Shown here: positions 1 to 9,826 of the stretch, in pieces | Position numbering within the stretch: the stretch's first letter is position 1 | Layout: each line of letters starts with the position of its first letter | NCBI GenBank assembly: GCA_005881215.1 | Contig: VBDZ01000003.1 | Span: 1-58,560 of the forward strand | Source of the DNA: Chloroflexota bacterium | Lineage (GTDB): Bacteria > Chloroflexota > Dormibacteria > CF-121 | Length of the DNA: 58,560 bases | Direction of reading: 5' to 3' | The notes under the pieces: model-generated | What the model was told of the DNA's origin: nothing | The model's input: the letters and a program-made list of their open reading frames with translations, nothing else | Database searches by the model: none | Made by a program: the position numbers and the translations under genes

Positions 1-456
1 GACCACTTCTCCCCCGCTGGCCGCACAGGCCTCCTCAACCACGCCGTCCGGGAGGCCGAGGACGGCGATCATGCCGGTGGCCTTCGGTGCGGCCGCGGCC
101 ATCGCTGTTCCCCTCGCCCGGACGGCAGCAAGCGCGTCGAGGCGGTCGAGTGCCTCGGCGGCGACCAGGCCGGCGAACTCGCCAAGGCTGTGGCCGGCGA
201 TGGCCACCGGTTCGACCCCATCAGCCGCCAGGTGCCGCAGCAGGGCGAGACTATGAAAAACAATGGCGGGCTGGGCATTCTCCGTCGCCTGGAGCTCGGC
301 TTCCGGGCCGTCGAGCATCAGCCGTCCGAGCGGCAGGTCGAGTCGCTCTTCCGCCTGACGCAGCAACGCCTGCGATCCTTCATCCTTGTCCAGCAGGTCG
401 CGAGCCATCCCGACGAACTGGGCGCCCTGGCCTGGAAACAGGAAGGCGAGGCGGAT
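1..456 (-). CDS. fabD: Malonyl-CoA:ACP transacylase, 5' part; runs off the window start; probable ATC start
   Basis: Manual translation (I/M)RLAFLFPGQGAQFVGM...TENAQPAI...AGHSLGEFAGLVAA gives the FPGQG and GHSLGE motifs. Not in the ORF track. Confidence 0.95.
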   Translation of the reverse strand, partial: MRLAFLFPGQGAQFVGMARDLLDKDEGSQALLRQAEERLDLPLGRLMLDGPEAELQATENAQPAIVFHSLALLRHLAADGVEPVAIAGHSLGEFAGLVAAEALDRLDALAAVRARGTAMAAAAPKATGMIAVLGLPDGVVEEACAASGGEVV

Positions 457-466
457 CGGGGTCGAC

Positions 467-643
467 CTACTCGGTCTTGATGACTTCGCGCCCGTCGTAA
501 TAGCCGCAGTTGCGGCAGATCGCGTGCGGCCGCTTCGGCTGGTGGCACTGCGAGCACTCGACGAGTTGCGGGCGCTTGATCGCCAGGTGGGCGCGGCGCT
601 CACCCTGGCGGGCATGGGCGTAACGAGTCTTTGGAAGGGCCAC
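467..643 (-). CDS. rpmF: 50S ribosomal protein L32, Zn-ribbon form, 58 aa
   Basis: GTG start; MALPKTRYAHARQGERRAHLAIKRPQLVECSQCHQPKRPHAICRNCGYYDGREVIKTE. TATAAT lies 9 nt upstream. Not in the ORF track. Confidence 0.97.
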   Translation of the reverse strand: MALPKTRYAHARQGERRAHLAIKRPQLVECSQCHQPKRPHAICRNCGYYDGREVIKTE

Positions 644-718
644 GAGCGATCAATTATAGGGCCACCATGCGTGAAGGGTATGGCGCCAGGGACCAGTTGA
701 TTCCTCTAAGGGCTTGAG

Positions 719-1843
719 ATGAGACGAGGGCCAATTGTCTGGACGTCGATGATTGTGCTCGCCTTCACTGTCTCCGCCTGTGGTGACCAGCCAGGCCCTG
801 CCTCCACTCCGACGACCTCTCCAAAGACCGCCAGCGAGTCGGGACAATGGCACGTCGAATCAGCGGGGCAGCTCGGACAGATCGAGGCCGAGACATGCGC
901 GACCGAGCAGTTCTGTATCGTGGTGGACCGCGCGGGATACGTCGTGTCGCGAGATGGCCGGGTCACCTGGCAACGCGGTTCGTTTGCTTCCGACACGACC
1001 CTGTTCAGCGCCGGCGCCGTCTCGTGTCCGAGCCTAACGACATGCCTCGTGGTCGGCACCGCCGGCCGCACGGTGCAGCCTGCCGTCGCAGTCTCAACCG
1101 ATGGCGCCAACAGTTGGCATCTGCAGCAGTTTGAAAGCCTCGGCAGCTCCCTGAACGCTGTCACCTGTGCCAGCGAATCATTGTGCATGACCGCCGGAAG
1201 TGCGATCAACGCCCATCGCAAGAGCTTGGTGTACGTGACCAGGGACGGGGGCACCGACTGGCAGAGTGTCGTCCTCGACCAGAACATTGATATCCACGGA
1301 ATCACCTGCTGGACCACGCTGCTCTGTTCGGCAGTGGGCTACACCATCCGCGATGGGACGACCGCACTGGTGGCTCTGCTGAACACAACCGATGGTGGAC
1401 TGCACTGGATGAGCAAGACCGTCTCCACCCCGGCCGGCATCGGCGGCCTGAGCTGCGTTTCGACCGGCCGGTGCATGTCCGTGGGTCTATCAACGAGCGA
1501 TATCATCACGACCGAACCGGTCGTGTTCGTTCAAGAGGATTACAACCATGCGTTCACGCGAACAGTAAACGCGTTGGGAGTGGCATCACTCGATGATGTA
1601 TCGTGCGGTACCCCGCTCTTCTGCGTGGCCGTTGGTTGGGGGTGGACCGGGTCCGGTCAGAATCGCACCCACCGTGCGATCGTTTTGGCGACCGACGACG
1701 GAGGCACGTCGTGGCACCGCGAGAGCGGACCGGCGAATGTGACCGAGGTGCTGAATGTCAGCTGTCGGGCGACTCTCCATTGTCTTGCGGGTGCAATCAC
1801 CGATCCCTACGGATATGTGGTGTTGAGCCGCGAGGTCTCCTAA
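719..1843 (+). CDS. Putative lipoprotein with Cys-paired repeats, probable beta-propeller (BNR/Ycf48-like)
   Basis: Hydrophobic N-terminus ending VSAC (lipobox-like); seven [IVLE][ST]C-x5-C repeats; STDG/TRDGG/TTDGG/TDDGG BNR-like boxes. Confidence 0.75.
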   Translation: MRRGPIVWTSMIVLAFTVSACGDQPGPASTPTTSPKTASESGQWHVESAGQLGQIEAETCATEQFCIVVDRAGYVVSRDGRVTWQRGSFASDTTLFSAGAVSCPSLTTCLVVGTAGRTVQPAVAVSTDGANSWHLQQFESLGSSLNAVTCASESLCMTAGSAINAHRKSLVYVTRDGGTDWQSVVLDQNIDIHGITCWTTLLCSAVGYTIRDGTTALVALLNTTDGGLHWMSKTVSTPAGIGGLSCVSTGRCMSVGLSTSDIITTEPVVFVQEDYNHAFTRTVNALGVASLDDVSCGTPLFCVAVGWGWTGSGQNRTHRAIVLATDDGGTSWHRESGPANVTEVLNVSCRATLHCLAGAITDPYGYVVLSREVS

Positions 1844-1846
1844 AAC

Positions 1847-2335
1847 TCAGGATCGACCGCTGATCACCTCGACTTGTTTGACCGGCTTTGCCGCCGCGGG
1901 CCGAAGCGATTCGACACCCTTCTTCACGGTGGCGATCGTCCGCATCAGCTGCCCCTCGAGCGACTGCATCACGTCCCAGGCATAACGGTCCGCGGCCCGG
2001 CGGGTTTCCTCGGCCGTTGCCGCGGCCTCCTTCAGCATCGCCTCCGCCTGCTTTTCGGCCCGCTTCACCAGCTCGTGCTGGCCGATCATGGTTTGCGCCC
2101 GTTCGCTCGCTTTGCTGACCGTCCGAGCCGCCTCCGACTGCGCCTCGGAGAGCAAGCGCTGCTGCTCCTGCAGCGTCCAGCGCGCCTGTTTGATCTCGTC
2201 GGGGAGGCTGAGGCGCAGGTCGTCGATGCAGGCCAGCGCTTCCTCCTGGTCGATGACCACCGTTCGGGTAAGCGGGATCTGGCGGCTATGGGCGATCAGG
2301 TACTCGAGGCGATCGACGGCTTCATGGATGTTCAT
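1847..2335 (-). CDS. Conserved coiled-coil protein downstream of coaD (SepIVA/DivIVA-related; often mislabelled ATPase subunit)
   Basis: MNIHEAVDRLEYLI..SRQIPLT..VVIDQEEAL..IDDLRLSLPDEIKQARW; typical position after coaD; ATG overlaps the coaD end. Confidence 0.75.
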   Translation of the reverse strand: MNIHEAVDRLEYLIAHSRQIPLTRTVVIDQEEALACIDDLRLSLPDEIKQARWTLQEQQRLLSEAQSEAARTVSKASERAQTMIGQHELVKRAEKQAEAMLKEAAATAEETRRAADRYAWDVMQSLEGQLMRTIATVKKGVESLRPAAAKPVKQVEVISGRS

Positions 2336-2822
2336 GCTGCTGCTCCCTTGTGAGACGTTGCTTGAGCGGTCCGACGACATTGGCTGGGACGAATTCCGCG
2401 ATGTCTCCGCCGAACTCGGCGAGCTCCTTGATCAGGCTGGAGCTGAGAAACAGGTGGCGCAGGCTGGTCGGGATGAAAACGGTCGTGACCTCGGGCTCCA
2501 GCCGGCGATTCATCAGCGCCATCTGGAACTCACTCTCGAAGTCTGACACGGCGCGGAGCCCACGGACGATGACTTTCGCGCCGACCTGTCGGGCAAAGTC
2601 GATGGTGAGCCCATTGAAGGTGCTGACCTCGACGCCGGGGCGCTCGCCCAGGCTCTCGCGGATCATGCTCACCCGCTCGCCTGTCGAGAAGAGGGGACGC
2701 TTGCTGGGATTTTCCAGCACCGCGATCACCACCCGATCGAAGATTCGAGCGGCACGATCGACGATATCGAGATGACCGTGGGTCAGTGGATCGAAGCTGC
2801 CCGGGTAGACCGCGGTGATCAT
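2322..2822 (-). CDS. coaD: Pantetheine-phosphate adenylyltransferase
   Basis: YPGSFDPLTHGHLDI, VRGLR, DFESEFQMALMN, SSSLIKE motifs. Confidence 0.97.
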   Translation of the reverse strand: MITAVYPGSFDPLTHGHLDIVDRAARIFDRVVIAVLENPSKRPLFSTGERVSMIRESLGERPGVEVSTFNGLTIDFARQVGAKVIVRGLRAVSDFESEFQMALMNRRLEPEVTTVFIPTSLRHLFLSSSLIKELAEFGGDIAEFVPANVVGPLKQRLTREQQHEHP

Positions 2823-3382
2823 GCGTACCTGAGAAATGTCAGCCGGGTGGTTCCGTAGTCACGGTCCCGCAGGTACACGAGGCGCTCGAGCGACGGCAAC
2901 GGCTGGCCGCGGTAATGCTCGACAACGACCAGGGCTTCCTTGCGCAAGGGCGTCTGGTCCAGGGCCTGCAGCGTGCCGGTCAGGGCGCTGCTGTCGCGGT
3001 ACGGCGGATCCAACAACAGAAGGTTGTAGGTGGTGAGGTCGCTTTCGTGCGCCCTCAGCCAGTCGATGGCATCGGCACTTGCAACGTCGCCCTGTTGGGC
3101 GAAGCCGGTTGCGGCCAAATTCTCGGCGACGATGTTAGCACAGGTTCGATCGCGGTCCACGAAGGTGGCCGACGCGGCGCCGCGGGAGAGCGCCTCGATG
3201 CCGAGCGTTCCGGCTCCGGCGAACAGGTCCAGTACCCGCGCACCGCGTATGCTGTCGCCGATGATGTTGAACAACGCTTCCCGGACGAGCGAGGTGGTGG
3301 GGCGCGTTGCTCGACCGGGTGGCGTCTTCAGCAACCGTCCCCGACTCGCGCCGGCGGTGACCCGCGTGGCCGGTCCTGGCAT
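2819..3382 (-). CDS. rsmD: 16S rRNA m2G966 methyltransferase
   Basis: TRPTT..VREALFN, LDLFAGAGTLGIEALSRGA, DPPY; overlaps the coaD start. Confidence 0.93.
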   Translation of the reverse strand: MPGPATRVTAGASRGRLLKTPPGRATRPTTSLVREALFNIIGDSIRGARVLDLFAGAGTLGIEALSRGAASATFVDRDRTCANIVAENLAATGFAQQGDVASADAIDWLRAHESDLTTYNLLLLDPPYRDSSALTGTLQALDQTPLRKEALVVVEHYRGQPLPSLERLVYLRDRDYGTTRLTFLRYA

Positions 3383-3441
3383 GCGATGAGTAAATCAGGC
3401 GCGCCCACCTCAATGGGCGTCGCCGGTAAAGGAGCGGCAGC

Positions 3442-3693
3442 ATAGTCGTCGTCGAAGCGGTACTCGGCATCATCCTGGTGATCGGTCTCCCCATCGCCGC
3501 GGGCCTCACGGTCGGCTGGCTGCTTACCCGGTTGTGGCGAGTGCCACCTGCCGCCGCAGCCGCACCGGGAAAACCTGTTAATCCAACGCGAACACCCGAC
3601 GATACGCCGAAAGCTGGTGGCGGAGCGCCGGCTCGCCGGCCAACGTCGGGTCGCGGTCCAAGAGGCGGACGGCCTCGGTCTGGGCGTCGCTGA
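3442..3693 (+). CDS. Small single-pass membrane protein; probable ATA start; 3' end overlaps recG
   Basis: AAAGGAG 7 nt before ATA; VVVEAVLGIILVIGLPIAAGLTVGWLLTRLWR hydrophobic helix then a Pro/Arg-rich tail. Confidence 0.45.
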   Translation: MVVVEAVLGIILVIGLPIAAGLTVGWLLTRLWRVPPAAAAAPGKPVNPTRTPDDTPKAGGGAPARRPTSGRGPRGGRPRSGRR

Positions 3694-5623
3694 TCAGCGC
3701 CGCATCGAGCAGGTTCGCCATCTTGAACTCGTTGCCGTGCTGCCGGAAGCCGTGCAGCTCGCCCATTCCCCGGAGTTTCAGATCGATTTCGGCCAGGTCG
3801 AAGCCGCTTTGATGGCTGACCACGGCATTCAAGCGCTCGATCGTGTCCGGATCCTCCATGTCGGTGAACAGCAGACAGGTGGATTCGTGCACGCCCCGGC
3901 CGATCCGACCTCGAAACTGGTGTAGCTGGGCTAGCCCGAAGCGCTCCGCTCCCTCGATCATCATCACTGTCGCATTCGGGATATCAATGCCCACCTCGAC
4001 CACGGAGGTCGATACCAGGATCGCCACCTCACCACGTTGGAACTTGCCCATCACCTCCTCTTTTTCGGCGGTCTTCATGCGGCCATGCAGCAAGGCGATA
4101 CGAGGCGCCAGGTCCGGAAAAACCTCGCCTTGGAGTTTTTCGGCCTCCTGGGTAGCCGATCGGACGCCGAGCTTGTCCGACTCCTGGATCAGCGGACAGA
4201 TGACAAAGACCTGCCGGCCGGCGACCACCTGTTGCCGGATGAAGTCGTAGGCGGCCGGGCGTTCGTCGGCCGGGACCAGCCGGGTGGTGACCGGTAGCCG
4301 CCCGGGCGGCATCTCCGTCAGCACCGAGATGTCGAGGTCGCCAAACAGGGTCAGCCCCAATGTCCGCGGGATCGGCGTGGCCGTCATCGAGAGGAAGTGC
4401 GGCCAGCGCCCCCCCTGGCGGACCGACAAACGCTGACCGACACCGAAGCGATGCTGCTCATCGACCACCGCCAGCGCCAGCTGCTTGAATCGGACATCCT
4501 CCTCGATCAGGGCGTGCGTGCCGACCAGCAGATCGACCGATCCGTCGGCCAGCGACGCCAGCAGGGTACGGCGTGCAGCGGCCGGCGTACTTCCCAGCAG
4601 CATGCCGACGACGATCCCGAACGGCCGCACGAGCGACTCTACGACCTCGGCGTGTTGCCGGGCGAGGATTTCCGTCGGCGCCAGCAGCATCGATTGAAGG
4701 CCGGCGTGCGACACGTGGTGCATCGCCATGGCGGCCACCACCGTCTTGCCGGAGCCCACATCGCCCTCGAGCAAGCGGTTCATCGGCTCCGGACGGGCGA
4801 TGTCTTTGAGGATCTGCCAGGCCGCCATCCGCTGGGCATTGGTCAGCGTGAACGGCAGCGATGCCACGAAACCCCGCGCGGTGGCCTGGTCGAACGGAAT
4901 CGGGTTGGCGGCATGCGCCTGGCGGGCGCGCTTGGCTTGCTGGACCGCCACCTGGTTGAGAAACATCTCCTCGAATTCGAAGCGGCGGCGAGCCTGGTCG
5001 AGCGTCTCCATGGAATCGGGGAAATGGACCTGCCGGATGGCGTCGGGCCGGGCCATGAATCCGCGGCGTTGCACGAGGTCCGCCGGTAGCACCTCCTCCA
5101 GCTGGTCCGCCAGCCAGAGGAGTGGTCGGATCTTCGGTCGCAGCCAGCGGGACGTCAGCCCGCGGGTCTCCGGGTAGATCGGCACGATGCGGGCTGCGTG
5201 GCTCGGGTCGTTGGAGACCTTCTCGTACTCGGGGTTTTTCATCACCAGGCCACCATTCAGGTCGACCTCTCCGGCGACGAAGATCTGATCCCCGCTGTGC
5301 AGGATATTCGCGATATACGGCTGGTTGAACCAGACGAGGTTCAACTGTCCGGAGTCGTCGGAGATGGTCGCGGTGGCGATCCGCATGTGTCGGCGCGGAG
5401 TGAAGACGCGCTTGACCTCGTACACCCGGCCTCGAACGGTCGTCCGCATACCGGGCCGGATCCAGGCAATCGGCATGACGCTGCCGAAGTCCTGGTGCCG
5501 GCGCGGGAAGTAGAGCAGCAGGTCGCGCACGGTTTTTACCCCGAGGTGCTCGAGCCGGCTGCCGTACGTGGTATTGATCCCGGTGATGGCCGTCACCGGA
5601 TCATCCAGGGAGAGCCGCGGCAC
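3578..5623 (-). CDS. recG: ATP-dependent DNA helicase RecG
   Basis: Wedge domain; LLEGDVGSGKT, VVDEQHRFG, MTATPIPRTL, QLHQFRGRIGRG. Confidence 0.97.
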   Translation of the reverse strand: MPRLSLDDPVTAITGINTTYGSRLEHLGVKTVRDLLLYFPRRHQDFGSVMPIAWIRPGMRTTVRGRVYEVKRVFTPRRHMRIATATISDDSGQLNLVWFNQPYIANILHSGDQIFVAGEVDLNGGLVMKNPEYEKVSNDPSHAARIVPIYPETRGLTSRWLRPKIRPLLWLADQLEEVLPADLVQRRGFMARPDAIRQVHFPDSMETLDQARRRFEFEEMFLNQVAVQQAKRARQAHAANPIPFDQATARGFVASLPFTLTNAQRMAAWQILKDIARPEPMNRLLEGDVGSGKTVVAAMAMHHVSHAGLQSMLLAPTEILARQHAEVVESLVRPFGIVVGMLLGSTPAAARRTLLASLADGSVDLLVGTHALIEEDVRFKQLALAVVDEQHRFGVGQRLSVRQGGRWPHFLSMTATPIPRTLGLTLFGDLDISVLTEMPPGRLPVTTRLVPADERPAAYDFIRQQVVAGRQVFVICPLIQESDKLGVRSATQEAEKLQGEVFPDLAPRIALLHGRMKTAEKEEVMGKFQRGEVAILVSTSVVEVGIDIPNATVMMIEGAERFGLAQLHQFRGRIGRGVHESTCLLFTDMEDPDTIERLNAVVSHQSGFDLAEIDLKLRGMGELHGFRQHGNEFKMANLLDAALISDAQTEAVRLLDRDPTLAGEPALRHQLSAYRRVFALD

Positions 5624-5625
5624 GA

Positions 5626-6456
5626 TCAGGCGATCAAGTAGGTGAAACCGATCACCCCGGGCCCGGTGTAGGTCCCGATCACGGCTCCGGTTTCGGCCAG
5701 CGGAATCTCGAGGCCCGGATAGCTCCCCGCCACCCGCTCCTTGAGGCGCTCCGCGTCCGCGAGGGCGCCGCCGTGGAGTACCGCGAGGTTGCTTAATTTG
5801 CCGTCACGCCGGAGCAACTCGACCAGCCGGTCGATGGCCTGCGACCGGCCGCGGGCCCGGCCCAGCGGCGCCACCTCACCATCCTGGAGCGTGATCAGCG
5901 GTTTGAAGTTCAGCAGCGAGCCGAGCAACGCGCGCGCCTTCCCGATCCGGCCGCCTTTTTCCAGGTAAGTCAGGGTGTCGATCGCCGCCAGCACGCGGGC
6001 TTTGGGGACCAGGGATCGAACCCGTTCCACGACCGCCGCGCGGTCGGCGCCGCTCTTCGCGAGCCTGGCCGCCTCCAGCGCGAGGAAGCCCAACGCCATC
6101 GACGTCGTGAAGGAGTCGATCACCTCGATGTGTTCCCCGTCGACCGATTTCGCGGCAGCGGTGGCCGCTCCCACGGTTCCCGAGACTTTGCCCGATATCA
6201 GCACCGCGACCACGTCGTCGCCCGTGTCGCGATAGCGCCGGAAGACCTCTTCAAACGCACCGACGGCGGGCTGCGAGGTCTTGGGGAGCTGTGGTGACGT
6301 CTTCAGCCTGGCAAAGAAGTCGTCGCTCGACAGGTCAACGTGATCCTTGAAGACCTGGTCGCCGAACCGAACGTTGAGCGGCACAACCGTGATCCCGGCG
6401 GCTCGCTGCTGATCGTCGGCCAGGTCCGCCGTCGAATCGGTAACGATCCGGACCAC
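5626..6456 (-). CDS. DegV/FakB fatty-acid-binding protein
   Basis: IVTDSTADL, TSQP, ISGKVSGT, LEKGGRIG, GTYTGPG; TATACT 7 nt before GTG suggests a leaderless transcript. Confidence 0.93.
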   Translation of the reverse strand: MVRIVTDSTADLADDQQRAAGITVVPLNVRFGDQVFKDHVDLSSDDFFARLKTSPQLPKTSQPAVGAFEEVFRRYRDTGDDVVAVLISGKVSGTVGAATAAAKSVDGEHIEVIDSFTTSMALGFLALEAARLAKSGADRAAVVERVRSLVPKARVLAAIDTLTYLEKGGRIGKARALLGSLLNFKPLITLQDGEVAPLGRARGRSQAIDRLVELLRRDGKLSNLAVLHGGALADAERLKERVAGSYPGLEIPLAETGAVIGTYTGPGVIGFTYLIA

Positions 6457-6557
6457 GCTGCCGAGTATATAGCCACCAATTCAGACCGATCACGGGGGCG
6501 CAACGGCTGGATGTCGTTAGGTTGCGCGTACCAAACCTTGATAAAGCTATAGCTGCT

Positions 6558-6878
6558 GTGGTGCTCCCAGGCAGCCTATCGTCGCGGCTTAGCCAGGCGC
6601 TCATCCTTACCGGGTTCCTCGGCTTCCAGTTGATGGACTCCTTGACGACCCACCTCGGACTGGGGCTGCAACACGCGGAGCTGAATCGACTCATGGCGCC
6701 CCTGATCGCCACCCAGGGCGAGCTGACGGCCTACGCGGTGAAGGGCACGGCGGTGGCCGTGCTGCTGGCGATCCTGATGATGCTGTACCGCCGGAAGCCC
6801 TGGGTGTGGCACGCCTACCGGGTGGGAGCCTGGCTCAGCGCAGTGGCTGTTATCGCCAACGTGCTGCAGCTGCTCTAA
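6558..6878 (+). CDS. Small membrane protein (DUF5658-like)
   Basis: Three hydrophobic segments; D.LTT..GL....E.N pattern; start codon uncertain. Confidence 0.55.
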   Translation: MVLPGSLSSRLSQALILTGFLGFQLMDSLTTHLGLGLQHAELNRLMAPLIATQGELTAYAVKGTAVAVLLAILMMLYRRKPWVWHAYRVGAWLSAVAVIANVLQLL

Positions 6879-6884
6879 CCGGGC

Positions 6885-8492
6885 TTACTCGACCGCCACG
6901 ATATACGGATACAGCGGCTGTTCGCCGGCCTGCAGCTCGACGGAAGCCGTGGGAAACTCGTTGGCGATCGCGTTGACGAGGGCTTCCCGCTCCGCCTCGA
7001 TCGAGTCGGCGCCGGCGTAGACGGTGATGGTGCCCACCCTGGCCGGGTCGATTCGTTTGAGGACGGCCTGGACGACGTGGCCTGGCGTTTGGCCCGCCTC
7101 CACGATCCGGTCGTTGAGTAGCCCGATGACGTCGTTTTCGGCGATCTTCAGCCCATCGACCTCGCTGGCCCGGACGGCGCGCGTGACCTCGATCGTCTGC
7201 ACCTGGCTCAGCGCATGCGACATGGCGTTCGCGTTGGCTTCGAGATTCGAGCTGAAGTCGAACGCAAACAGTGCCGCAATCCCCTGCGGCAGGCTGCGCG
7301 AGGGCACCACCCGCACCCGCTTTTTGGACAGTTCCGCCACCTGCTGGGCGGTCATGACCACATTCCCATTGTTGGGCAGCAGCAGCACGTCGTTCGACGG
7401 CACCGACTCCACCGCCGCCAGGATGTCCTCGGTCGAGGGATTCACGGTCTGGCCACCGCCGACCACCGAATCGACCCCCAGGCTTTCCAGGATCCGGCGA
7501 AAGCCGTCGCCGCTGGCGACCGCGACCAGCGCCAGGTGCTTGGTGCTCGCCGGACGGCGCACGCTCTCGCCTTGCAGTCGATGGTGTTGCGACGACATGT
7601 CATCGACTTTGAGTCTGGTCAGGCGGCCGATGCCACTCGCGTAGCCGATCACGACCGCGGGCTCGTGCGTGTGGACGTGGACTTTGATTGCCGCCTCGTC
7701 ACCGACGATCAGCGCTGACTCGCCGTGCCGCTGGATCTCGTTACGGACCTGGTCAACCGGCAGCTGCTCGCCGTTGATCACGAACTCGGTGCAGTAGCCC
7801 CAGCCGGCCGAGGGCGCCTCCACGATTTTCGGCCGGGCATGCTGGGTGCTGGGCCGCTCAAAGGTCGCCACCGCCTCCCCACGCATCCGCTTGAGGAAGC
7901 CCTCGAGGATCAATTGCAGGCCGTATCCGCCGGCGTCGATGACGCCGGCCTGCTTGAGGATCGGCAACTGGTCGGGAGTCCGTTCGACAGCCTCGGCGGC
8001 GGCTTCGCACGCCGCCCGGACCACCTCCGTCAGGTCGCTGGTGCCGGCGGCCTTCGCCTCGGCGCCCGCGGCCGCTTCACGGGCCACTGTCAGCATGGTC
8101 CCTTCGGTGGGCTTGATCACGGCCCGATAGGCGACCTCGGCCCCTTCGCGGAAGGCTGCCGCCAACGCCGCCGCATCCACCGCGTGGTGCGACCCGATGC
8201 CGACGCAGAAGCCCCGGAGAATCTGGGAGAGAATCACCCCCGAGTTGCCGCGGGCCCCCATCAGAGCACCGTGGGAGGCCCGCCGGGCCATGACCGAGAG
8301 ATCGGAATCATCGAGGTCGCGAATGTCTTCGACAGCGGACTGGAGGGTGAGCAGCATGTTGGTCCCGGTGTCGCCGTCGGGCACGGGAAAGACGTTGAGG
8401 GCATCCACCTCATCACGATTGAGGGTCAGCCAGGCCAGTGACCCAAGCAAGGCCTCTTTGAACAGGCGGCCATCGCATTCGGTGATGGGCAT
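6885..8492 (-). CDS. DAK2-domain fatty acid kinase subunit (FakA/YloV)
   Basis: LNVFPVPDGDTGTNM, GARGNSGVILSQ, EGTMLTV, DAGG, YCTEF, KVHVHT. Confidence 0.95.
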   Translation of the reverse strand: MPITECDGRLFKEALLGSLAWLTLNRDEVDALNVFPVPDGDTGTNMLLTLQSAVEDIRDLDDSDLSVMARRASHGALMGARGNSGVILSQILRGFCVGIGSHHAVDAAALAAAFREGAEVAYRAVIKPTEGTMLTVAREAAAGAEAKAAGTSDLTEVVRAACEAAAEAVERTPDQLPILKQAGVIDAGGYGLQLILEGFLKRMRGEAVATFERPSTQHARPKIVEAPSAGWGYCTEFVINGEQLPVDQVRNEIQRHGESALIVGDEAAIKVHVHTHEPAVVIGYASGIGRLTRLKVDDMSSQHHRLQGESVRRPASTKHLALVAVASGDGFRRILESLGVDSVVGGGQTVNPSTEDILAAVESVPSNDVLLLPNNGNVVMTAQQVAELSKKRVRVVPSRSLPQGIAALFAFDFSSNLEANANAMSHALSQVQTIEVTRAVRASEVDGLKIAENDVIGLLNDRIVEAGQTPGHVVQAVLKRIDPARVGTITVYAGADSIEAEREALVNAIANEFPTASVELQAGEQPLYPYIVAVE

Positions 8493-8520
8493 GGACGGGG
8501 CGCCGGCTAGCGAGGGCGTG

Positions 8521-8934
8521 TCAGCCGCTGCCACCGCTGACGTGAATGCCCTGCACATTCACGTCGACCTCAACCACCGGCAGACCCAGCGTCCGCTCGA
8601 CGGAATAGCGGACCGCATTAGATAGGTTGTGGGCCACCTCCGAGACGCGGGTGCCGTACTCGACGATGACATACAGCGAGACGGCGACCCCATCGTCGCG
8701 CACTTCGACCTCGACGCCTCGATGGAGTTTGTCGCGGTGCAGCCGCTCGGCCAGGCCGTCGCGCAGCCCGCGGGCGGCCATCCCGACCACGCCGTAGCAG
8801 CCGGCGGCCGCGTGGCCGGCTACGGTGGCGACGACATGGCGTGACACCTCGATCCGCCCGAGGTCTCTGGCCTGGATCAGCGTCCTCGGCGGCTTCCCGG
8901 TGCGCGGCGGGTTGGCCTTCGTCTTTGAGTCCAT
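8521..8934 (-). CDS. Asp23/Gls24 family protein (YloU-like)
   Basis: G.IEVS..VVA.VAG.AA..CYGVVGM, LYVIVEYGT, NVQGI; sits between rpmB and DAK2 as in Firmicutes. Confidence 0.92.
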   Translation of the reverse strand: MDSKTKANPPRTGKPPRTLIQARDLGRIEVSRHVVATVAGHAAAGCYGVVGMAARGLRDGLAERLHRDKLHRGVEVEVRDDGVAVSLYVIVEYGTRVSEVAHNLSNAVRYSVERTLGLPVVEVDVNVQGIHVSGGSG

Positions 8935-9011
8935 ACGTGTGCTACTATGTGACGCTGATTTCGCCCCAATCATACGCGAAGACTCTGGGGGCGTAGAAGG
9001 TTTCCCATACC

Positions 9012-9197
9012 ATGGCACAGCGTTGCGCGATCTGCGGCAAGGGCCCCCAATACGGGCATAACGTGAGCCACTCGAAGGTGCGCACGAAGCGTCGCTTCAT
9101 GCCCAATTTGCACAAGGCGCGGGTCACCATCAACGGCCGTTCCCAGACGGCGCTGGTGTGCACCCGGTGTCTTCGGACCCAGGCCAAGTCGGCTTAG
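9012..9197 (+). CDS. rpmB: 50S ribosomal protein L28
   Basis: [27 protein letters not shown]...CTRCLR. Confidence 0.97.
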   Translation: MAQRCAICGKGPQYGHNVSHSKVRTKRRFMPNLHKARVTINGRSQTALVCTRCLRTQAKSA

Positions 9198-9799
9198 TCC
9201 GACGTCGCGGCACTGCCGATGTAGCCGGCGTGACCGCGCGGCGACACCCAGAGGGTCACCGAAGTGCCCGGTTTCAGCCACGGCTGGGCGACGGTGAGTT
9301 CCGCATCGCGGATCACGAGGTAGAGGCCGCTGCCTCCGGACAGTGTCAGCTGGCGCCCGTCAACCTTTGCCACCACGCCGGTGACCTGCCGTGGTAACGC
9401 GGCATAACTTTCCAGGCTGAGCGACGTCAGCCAGGTGCCGACGACGGTACCGACCGTCGCGATGACGAGCAGGATGCCGGTGCCCCAGCGCGAACCCTTG
9501 AAGAGCAGCCCGTAGAGGACCCACGGCAGAAAGATGGCCAGCAACGCCAGGCTGGTCTGGGTCTCCTGCCAGATGTTGGTGGCGTAGCTCCGCTGGGTCG
9601 GATCAGCGAGGTCGGCGCCGGCAGGCACCATGGCGCTCAACGAGATCGCCCCCAGGATCAACCCGACGGTTAAGAGCAGGGTTATCCCGACCCCGACAAC
9701 CCGAATCTCGGGCCGCACGAAGATGCGAGGTTTGATCGTCGACAGCGTTGCAGTCAGGGTCACGACCGTGTAACTGGCGGCCCCCCCGGATTCCGACAT
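9194..9799 (-). CDS. Hypothetical membrane protein (about 3 TM plus a small C-terminal beta domain)
   Basis: C-terminal part of ORF 9194..10195; the upstream part is antisense to AIM24. Start is ATG 9799 or GTG 9763. Confidence 0.55.
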   Translation of the reverse strand: MSESGGAASYTVVTLTATLSTIKPRIFVRPEIRVVGVGITLLLTVGLILGAISLSAMVPAGADLADPTQRSYATNIWQETQTSLALLAIFLPWVLYGLLFKGSRWGTGILLVIATVGTVVGTWLTSLSLESYAALPRQVTGVVAKVDGRQLTLSGGSGLYLVIRDAELTVAQPWLKPGTSVTLWVSPRGHAGYIGSAATSD

Positions 9800-9826
9800 C
9801 GCGCTTGAGTTCAGAGGAGACCAACC

